29,618 nt of DNA from Octopus sinensis (taxonomy: Eukaryota): NCBI RefSeq assembly GCF_006345805.1, contig NW_021832912.1, positions 1-29,618 of the forward strand, written 5' to 3'. Below the pieces are notes generated by a model. That model was not told the origin of the DNA, searched no databases, and worked only from the letters and a program-made list of their open reading frames with translations. Position numbers and translations under genes: made by a program. Shown in pieces: positions 21,130 to 29,618 of the stretch. The first letter of the stretch is position 1, and each line of letters opens with the position of its first letter.

Positions 21130-21290
21130 GTAAACACAAAATCATAAAGTTTTTCGCTTTTGCTTCCTCCAGGGGCATAATTTAACAAAACCGCTGCTGC
21201 TAACGAGTATTCGCGGTTCCAAAAGGTTAGACTATCTTTACTGTATTCATCCGTAGCTGGTGGATAGCAGAAGCAGTAGAGTATCTGAGA
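21130..21290 (-). pseudogene. Possible decayed hAT transposase C-terminal dimerisation-domain fragment
   Basis: DSLTFWNREYSLAAAVLLNYAPGGSKSEKLY loosely resembles the D-P-L-x-F-W...L-A...P-x-x-S-x-x-S-E-R-L-F pattern. By-eye match only, and it needs gaps. Confidence 0.2.
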
Positions 21291-21378
21291 AAACACCTTG
21301 CTCTATAAAATTGCGGACCTTTTACAATCTAGGTTCGACTAAAACCGAGGTTGACTTTATCTTTCATCAAATTATCAT

Positions 21379-21776
21379 AGACGCAGGAGTGGCTGTGTGG
21401 TAAGTAGCTTGCTTACCAGCCACATGGTTCTTGGTTCAATCCCACTGCGTGGCACCTTGGGCAAATGTTTTCTAGTATAGCGTCGGGCCGACCAAAGCCT
21501 TGTGAGTGGATATGGTAGACGGAAACTGTAAGAAGCTCGTCGCGTATATATATACATATATAAGTGTATGTGTGTCTGTGTTTGTCTACCCCGCCCCTCA
21601 ACATCGCTTGACAACCGGTGCTGGTGTGTTTACGTCCCCGTTAATTAACGGTTCGGCGAAAGCGACTGATAGAATAAGTCCTAGGCTTACAAAAAATATG
21701 TCCTGGGGTCGATATGCTCGACTAAAGGCAGGGCTTCAACATGGCCGCAGTCAAAATGACTGAAACGAGTAAAAGA
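21379..21776 (+). mobile_element. SINE-B, full length
   Basis: Head gcaggagtggctgtgtggtaag, B box GGTTCAATCCC, short central TA/TG tract, 3' domain ending gagtaaaagag. Confidence 0.9.
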
Positions 21777-22026
21777 GTGAATCGAAATCGATAAAATAAG
21801 TGCAAGTTGGGTACTGCAATCAGTAGTTGATTCTTCACTCCTGCTTTTCTAGATATGTGGTTTTATGTCCATCTTTCAGCTCCACAGAGAAGAATGTTCC
21901 TCACACAAACCCTGAAAAGGACAAATATTATTGGCGTTCATATTCTTGACTTCCACATTCTCCAAGCGTGTTACACTCATCCCATGCATGTACGAAGTTA
22001 GTTTTTCTTGCCGTCATGGATAGAAT

Positions 22027-22282
22027 ATTCGGCTTATGATCTTACGATAGTGAGTTCGATTCCGAGTTAAGCGTTGTTTCCTTGAGCAAGACACTTTATT
22101 CCACGTTGCCCCAATTCACACAGCTGGCAAAAATGAGCAGTACCTGTAATTCAAAGGGGCCAGTCCTTATCACACTCTGTGTCACGCTAAATTTCCCTGA
22201 GAACTACGTTAAGGGTACACGTGTCTGTGGAGTACTCAGTCACTTGCACGTTAATTTCACGAGCAAGCTGTTCTGTTGATCG
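22027..22282 (+). mobile_element. SINE-C, 5'-truncated
   Basis: gtgagttcgattcc, ccttgagcaagacacttt, ccctgagaactacgttaagggtac as at 10901-11210. Confidence 0.9.
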
Positions 22283-22300
22283 ATATTATACTTGGCCAGA

Positions 22301-22805
22301 GATAATCACTTGGTGTGCCGCAACACTTTACTATATTGCCCATAAACCACAAATGTGCCCCAATATTTTACTCTAGCACTGATAACCTCTAGGTGCACCA
22401 TGACACTATATTATAATCCCTAGGAGTGCCACTGTATTTTACTGTGTAACCTATGACCTCTGGGGTGCTGGTATACATCACTCCGTTGCGTATAATCTCC
22501 AGGCGTGCCGCTGTGCTTTATCGTGTCGCCGATAATTTTTAGGGGGGTTGCAATATTTTACTTTACAGCCAGTAATCTCTAAGTGTGCCGCGAACTTTAC
22601 ACACCACTGATTATCTCAAGAGTGCCGCGAGGTTTCACTGTGCCACCGATAATCATTATGTATGCTAAGATATTTTACCGTGCCAAAATGTAGGTGTGTA
22701 GCGGTACATTTTTGTGCCAGCGATAATCTCTTGGCGTCACTTGTAATCTCTAGATGTGCCGCTATATTTGACCGTGCTGCTGATAATCTCTAAGTATGCT
22801 GCGAC
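22301..22805. repeat. Diverged ~39-40-bp minisatellite, about 14 units
   Basis: Consensus approximately GATAATCTCTAGGTGTGCCGCNATATTTTACTGTGCCACC. Unit starts at 22301, 22341, 22381, 22412, 22452, 22491, 22531, 22571, 22609, 22648, about 22685, 22722, 22742 and 22782. Confidence 0.85.
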
Positions 22806-23137
22806 ATGGTGTCAAATTGTAATCCATTTTTACAAATATTTGACAACTCAGTATATTTGAGCTCTGATGATTCTTTATACACCCAGGCACGTGAATGTGC
22901 AACCTAATGTAGTTAACAAAACAATGCATCACGATAAAATTTGTATTTTTAATAAAACTATGTGTAGCAAATGTGAAAAGTTTGGAAATCTCTGCCTTAA
23001 AGATATAATTCTATTACAATTGACAGCAGAAACTTATACAATTCATCACTATAGTTTATTCACACAGGCAATTATGCTTGTACGAATTTAATGGAAGTTG
23101 TTTCTTGTTTTAAATTGTTTTGTAGTTTGCCACTTAC

Positions 23138-23186
23138 TGGGGACGATCGTTGGAGGCTAATGAAACATCCTTGCAATGCTTAGTCT
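23138..23186 (-). other. Candidate 49-nt internal exon (unconfirmed)
   Basis: Minus strand: atttatttttcaatacttgacAG|...ccccA|GTAAGT, with one open frame (TKHCKDVSLASNDRP). No homology recognised. Confidence 0.2.
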
Positions 23187-23414
23187 CTGTCAAGTATTGA
23201 AAAATAAATATGATTCATTGAATCCTTCACTTAGAAAATAATATAGCATTATGCTTAGAGTTGGAATCAATGTATTGTACATGACAGAAATCATTCGGTT
23301 ATAGAAATCATATAAATTGAAAGGTATTTTACAACTTAAAGCATTGGACCTTGTGTATATACGTATTCATACCAACATACATACATATATATGTGTGTAT
23401 TTTTGTGTATGTGC

Positions 23415-23460
<46 letters not shown>

Positions 23461-23667
23461 TTTTCTTCTTCTAAACAAAACAAAACACCGCTCTTCGATT
23501 CATATCAAAGACAATACAACTGTCTGTTTTATCATCTTGGTTTTATTTTGAAGAGTTCGGTTAAACGAACGAAATTGCTGATAAAGAATTATCCAAAAAT
23601 TCTGACTGCGTCCTTTTTCTTAATACATGTGTGTGTATATGTGTGTATGTGTCTGTCTGTCTGTCTG

Positions 23668-23840
23668 TGTCTGTGTTTGTTCCCACCTTCACCATAGCAG
23701 TTCGGCAAAAGACACCGACAGAATAAATACTAGGCTTACAACGAATAAGTACTGAGGTCGATCTCTTCGACTAACACTCATCAGATGGTGCACTAGCATG
23801 GTCGCAGTCAAATCACTGAAGCAAGTAAAAGAATAAAAGA
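23668..23840 (+). mobile_element. SINE-B 3' domain
   Basis: gttcggcaaaagacaccgacagaataa...gcagtcaaatcactgaagcaagtaaaagaataaaaga. Confidence 0.85.
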
Positions 23841-24301
<461 letters not shown>

Positions 24302-24689
24302 TGACCTGTAATTTTGCTTTACCATATAGCATGTCAAATCAGTTGTTAGAACCTACAAAGCCTGGCAACTATAAGCTCCGACATTCAAGTAGTGTAAATT
24401 CACGGATGTCCTTCATCTAGACTCTTATATAAATATTGGATACTGGACAAAATATTAATCAATAAGAAGAAACAAGAAACGTAATTATCTACGTTAGCTT
24501 ACAGCTGTTTCAGCTTTGAACTAACATGTGTAAGTACGTAAATTTTGTTTTCTTTTTACTTATTAACCAATATATGTTTGTGCATTTGTGTGTGTATTTA
24601 ACTATGTAAGTATGTATGTATGTATGTATGTACGTACGTACGTACGTATGTATATATGTATGTATGTATGCATGCCATTATTCAGTTTA

Positions 24690-25225
24690 TTTCAAGATTT
24701 CTTGCCAATAGAGAAAGAACCGGTTTCTAACCTAGATCCAAGGTTCCTTCATTGGAATTTTAACGTCAACATCAGGATATTTTTGTTTGTATGTATGTAT
24801 GTATGTATGTATGTATTTATGTTTGTATGTATGTATGTATGTATGTATTTATGTATGTATGTATGTATGTATGTATGTATGTATGTATGTATGTATGTAT
24901 ATATGTATGTATGTATGCATGTATGTATGTATGCATGCATGTATGTTTATGTCCAGATTTGTATATTTTCTTTTATGTATGTATTCTCATGCATATAGTT
25001 GCATATCTAGACATGCTCATATACATTGAAATGATAAACTTCTGGAAAGTTTTACAGATTTTTACAGTTCCAGTGATGGATTGGATCTGTAGTCTTCGAA
25101 TTAGCTTTATTCTTTCTGATTTTGAGAAGCCTAATTTCTCAAGATTGGTATTCAGGTAGTGTGTTAGATATCCCAGGGCCCTAATAATTACAGGTATAAA
25201 CCTGAATTTGTAATCTGGATAGAGT
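24690..25225 (-). mobile_element. Interspersed repeat homologous to 16133-16560, with internal (TATG)n expansion at 24785-24945
   Basis: Reverse-complement alignment by eye. Confidence 0.75.
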
Positions 25226-25379
25226 ATGTATGTATTGTATTCAAGTATGTATGTATGTGTGTATGTATGTGTGTATGTATGTATGTATGTATGTATGTAT
25301 GTATGTATGTATGTATGTATGTACGTTTATACAGTAAATAATATAATAAACAAGCAATCAAATTGATATCGGTTTAAAG

Positions 25380-26290
25380 CATGGAATTTATATATCTAAA
25401 CATAATTGTAGAGCAGTCACAAACGAGTTGTGTAAATACAATAGAATCTATTGTAAAATAACGGAGAAAGAAAGCGTGCATATAGATCGTTACAGCTGTT
25501 TCCAGAATAGGTGTGCAAATGGTGGCAATGATACATTTCTCAGCGGACGAAGGTAATTTTCCCATATACTAGCCAACAATTTCGTCTTCAGAAAAGGAAA
25601 ATTTTAGATAGACACTTAGAAGAGGAATTTCGAGGTTAACATTTCCGTTAAGCTACATTTATTCACCAGGTTGATGCACCTTTAAGGCTGCAAGCTGGCA
25701 GAAGCGTTAGGAAGCCGGGCGAAATGCTTAGCGGTATTTCGGCTGCCGTTACGTTCTGAGTTCAAATTCCGCCGAGGTCGACTTTGCCTTTCATCCTTTC
25801 GGGGTCGATAAATTAAGTACCGGTTACGCACTGGGGTCGATGTAATCGACTTAATCCGTTTGTCTGTCCTTGTTTGTCCCCTCTGTGTTTAGCTCCTTGT
25901 GGGTAGTAAAGAAATAGGTTGATGCACCTAGTCTTTCGCTTCTTCTTAAGAGACATGTTTTACTTGTTACGTGGTATAACCACTGCCGAATCTTTCTGTG
26001 CGGAAGAAGTTATATGACGTAACTGGTGCTGTACAGGCGCGATCTGAGGCAATGGTATCTGCAAATAAAGCTGAACGGTGAAAAGTTATGATCACCATTT
26101 TTACTGAAGCTTGTTGTTCTGGCGGAACTACAGTTTAGGATTAAGAAACGACCAAGATAGGACTCCTGATATCTGAGAGTATTGTCATGTCAGGCAGTCA
26201 TATCTCTCTACTAGGTGCGCAACCTGGCAGATTCTGTTTCAATCTTTGAATTCTACAGGGGACAGAAGCAGCGATTCTAAGAATCGGAGT
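25380..26290 (-). mobile_element. Possible decayed Penelope-like element 3' end (GIY-YIG remnant), interrupted by SINE-A
   Basis: With one frameshift, 26070-25980 reads SFICRYHCLRSRL(Y)QHQLRHITSSAQKDSAV, resembling YIG.T.R.L..R..EH.....SAV. Downstream are EAKD*VHQP and a GAAACAGCTGTA hammerhead-like half-motif (25491-25502). Many stops. Confidence 0.35.
25682..25915 (+). mobile_element. Full-length SINE-A with 14-bp target-site duplication
   Basis: AGGTTGATGCACCT at both 25668-25681 and 25916-25929. Confidence 0.95.
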
Positions 26291-26295
26291 ATATA

Positions 26296-26533
26296 CTCTT
26301 TTACTCTTACTCTTTTTACTTGTTTCAGTCATTTGACTGCAGCCATGCTGGAGCACCGCCTTTAATCGAGCAACTCGACCCCGGGACTTATTCTTCGTAA
26401 GCCCAGTACTTATTTTATTGATCCCTTTTGCCGAACCGCTAAGTGACAGGGACATAAACACACCAGCATCGATTGTCAAGCAATTCTAGGGGGACTAACA
26501 CAGACACACATACATACACGCATACATATATAT

Positions 26534-26573
<40 letters not shown>

Positions 26574-26747
26574 ACAATATATACGACGGGCTTCTTTCAG
26601 TTTCCGTCTACCAAATCCACTCACAAGGCTTTGGTCGGTCCGAGGCTATAGTAGAAGACACTTGCCCAAGGTGCCACGCAGTGGGACTGAACCCGGAAAC
26701 ATGTGGCTGGTAAACAAGCTACTTACCACACAGCCACTCCTGCGCCT
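26296..26747 (-). mobile_element. SINE-B, full length, well preserved
   Basis: Minus-strand head AGGCGCAGGAGTGGCTGTGTGGTAAG, GGGTTCAGTCCC, central TA tract, 3' domain and repeated agtaaaa tail. Confidence 0.95.
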
Positions 26748-26936
26748 ATCAAAGGAACAATATTTTTTTATCTCATAAGAACAATATTTTTATCTTCAGC
26801 CCAGAAACACTGGACAACGTCTAGAAATCTCTCGACAAACAGTTCAACCAAAGTAGCGTTGAAGTGTTTGTGGAACCGTCAAACCAGACCATTCCTTTAT
26901 CATCATCATCATCATTCTCATCATCATCATCGTTAT

Positions 26937-27556
26937 TAAGGCGGTTAGCCGGTAGAGTTTTTATCACACCGGACGAAATGCTTAACGGTGTTTCGTCCGT
27001 CTTTACGTTCTGAGTTCAAATTCCGCTGAGTTCGACTTTGCCTTTCATTCTTTCGGGGTCGATAAATCAAGTACCAGTGAAAAACTGGGGTCAATGTAAT
27101 CGACTGCTCCCCTCCCCCAAAATTCCAGGCTTTGTGCCTATAGTAGAAAGGATATATTAACATTAAGGCGGCGAGATGGCAGAAACGTTAGCACGCCAGG
27201 CAAAATGCTTAGCGGTGTTTCGTTCGTCTTTATGTTCTGTGTTCAAATTCCGCAGAGGTCGACTGTACCTTAATTTCTTTCGGGGTCGATAATTTAAGTA
27301 CCAGTTGCGGGCTTTGTGCCTAGAGTGGAAAAGATTATTTTATTATTTTTATCATTAAGGTGGTGAACTAGCAGAATCATTACCGCGCCGATAGGCATTT
27401 CGTCCGACTTTACGTTCTGGGTTTAAATTCTGCCGACATAGCTTTTACATTTCATCCTTTCGGGGGTCGATGATTTAAGTACCAGTTGTATACTGGGGTC
27501 GATATAATTGACTATGCACCCCCACAAAATTTCATACCTTGTACCTATAGTATTAT
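26937..27556 (+). mobile_element. Three head-to-tail SINE-A copies
   Basis: taaggcgg/taaggtgg heads at 26937, 27164 and 27356. Each ends in a gtgcctatagtagaaagg-like tail. Confidence 0.9.
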
Positions 27557-27682
27557 TTTTTTTTTTCCTTCTTTCTTCAAATTTTCTTCCGTTTCTCACC
27601 GAGTGTTTTCCGTACACCTAGGGCAGAGAAGCTCATTGTATGCATTCCCAGATTACACACGCAAATCCACAGGTATCATTAT

Positions 27683-27685
27683 TAT

Positions 27686-27738
<53 letters not shown>

Positions 27739-27778
27739 TTACTATTATTATTATTATTATCATTATTATCATTATTGT
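27683..27778. repeat. (TAC)n/(TAT)n microsatellite
   Basis: Directly visible. Confidence 0.95.
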
Positions 27779-27882
27779 TGTCACAAGACTTCCTTTACAA
27801 ATATACATTTTTGAATGACGTACATTAAATAAACCAAACTTTAGGTTCCTCAATAGATTACTAATCCATCCTCTCTCTTTCC

Positions 27883-27924
<42 letters not shown>

Positions 27925-28051
27925 TTATCTATCTATGTCCGTCCCCTTCACACACACCTATAACTAGTAAACGAAGGCTCACAAACAAACATAATCTGCA
28001 TAAAAGTTCATTATACGTTCATACACACACACGCACACATACTTATACATA

Positions 28052-28085
<34 letters not shown>

Positions 28086-28650
28086 TGTATGTGTGTGTGC
28101 GTGTGTGTGTGCAACATTAAAATATGATTAAAATTAACGCCCTTGAGCTACAAATATCATCATATTTGTCATGTCTATTGAAATGTTTTAATGCTGCGCA
28201 TTAAAATTTTTCCTTCTTAACTAACATTAATAAAAAAAAACGTAATCTGTTTATTTGTGTGTGTGTGTGTGTGTTGAGACATTTAAACATGTCAAATGAA
28301 AGTCATGACCAATTTCAAGTAAGATATATATATTAATTTTACAACATATAATAATATTATATGCATATATATACCGTATGTGTACATGTATATGCATGTG
28401 TGTATGCATGTATGTGTGTGTAAATGTATCATGTGTCATGTGTGGTGTGTGTGTGTGGTGTGTGTGAATACATGACTATGTACTTTATATATACGGAATA
28501 ATATTCCCTCGTATTATTATTATTATTATTATATATATAAATAAGTACATCTCCATATATGTGTGTGTGTGTATGTACACACAATCAATTAACTAACATG
28601 GTTATATATTTATATAAATGAATATGTACTATATAATATATATATATATA

Positions 28651-28681
28651 TAGATAGATAGATAGATAGATAGATAGAAGA

Positions 28682-28712
<31 letters not shown>
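28651..28712. repeat. (GATA)n/(GACA)n microsatellite
   Basis: Directly visible. Confidence 0.95.
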
Positions 28713-28713
<1 letters not shown>

Positions 28714-28735
28714 TATAGCTATATATATATATATC

Positions 28736-28766
<31 letters not shown>

Positions 28767-28925
28767 TACATACGTACGTGCATATTTATGATTATGCTTT
28801 TATGCATATATAATGTGCGTGCGATTGTGTATATATGGGTTCAAAACTTGGGATATATCAAATTATAATCATGATTGAGTAATATTTAATCTATTAAAAT
28901 ATATATAACATAACATACATATATC

Positions 28926-28958
<33 letters not shown>

Positions 28959-29618
28959 TATATATATATGTGCGTGTATGTTTGTGTGTTTGCGTGTGTG
29001 CGTGTGTGTGTCTCTACATACACACATACCTTGAATAATGGTTATTTCTGTTACATAGTTCTGTAGAGATTTCGTCGATTCAGTAATTACATTGATTCGT
29101 GTCCTTTTCCCGAATAAAACTGAACCGAAATAATTCTCATAAAACATGCGCATCTTGTCCTTGCCCTCGAAACGCGGAGTAGATGAAACAGGGACAACTG
29201 AAGAAGGGAAATATTCTTTGTGTTGTATGTCTTGTACTCTGTTTGTTTGTTTTTTCGTTGTTTGAAAAAAAAGTTCGTTTGTATGTTTTTGTTTTTATGT
29301 TTTCATTTCTCATTGTGTTCCAGGTTTTTTTTTTGATGTCCTGTACCCATATATATGCATGTATATATACATATATATGTAGGTATGTACATGTATGTAT
29401 GTATATATGCATATATTTATATATCATTTATATTATTATATGATCGAACGCCATGCATCCTTTTCCAAGTAAGTTTTATCTTAATAATTATGATGCGCAC
29501 TCTTCTCCTTTACTATTTCTTCTCTGTCTATCTCTCTCTCTCCCTCTTGTTCTTCATCCTTTCTGGTTTTCTCTCCCACCCTTCCCTATTCTTCTCCTCT
29601 TCCTTCACTGTTCCCTCT

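Noticed and set aside
29140-29260. Hammerhead from GAAACGCGG (29168) and CTGAAGA (29197)
   Set aside because: The motif order would need a type II fold, and I could not build stems I and III. Possibly a PLE-related fragment, but unsupported.

Overview
This is AT-rich, repeat-saturated eukaryotic DNA, most likely intronic or intergenic. The SINE families resemble ones I recall from octopus genomes, but that is recollection, not a search result. No protein-coding gene can be supported, and nearly every ORF in the supplied track is a translation of microsatellites or SINEs. The window holds roughly 30 copies or fragments of one tRNA-derived SINE (called SINE-A here), several further tRNA-headed SINE families (B-E), three TA-flanked Tc1/mariner/pogo-type MITEs, probable Penelope-like retroelement (PLE) remnants, long microsatellites, two minisatellites and a 2-kb GC-rich trinucleotide island. 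Best leads: (1) a compact hammerhead-ribozyme motif with intact core at 15596-15630 plus decayed relatives, (2) a decayed GIY-YIG-like frame split by a SINE with a 14-bp target-site duplication, (3) a 26-bp hairpin carrying consensus splice donors on both strands, (4) SINE concatemers and a foldback that could form dsRNA, and (5) a cryptic ~40-bp minisatellite. None of this establishes a new biological system. Most of it fits known transposable-element biology. Family letters are my own labels, and boundaries of degenerate copies are approximate.
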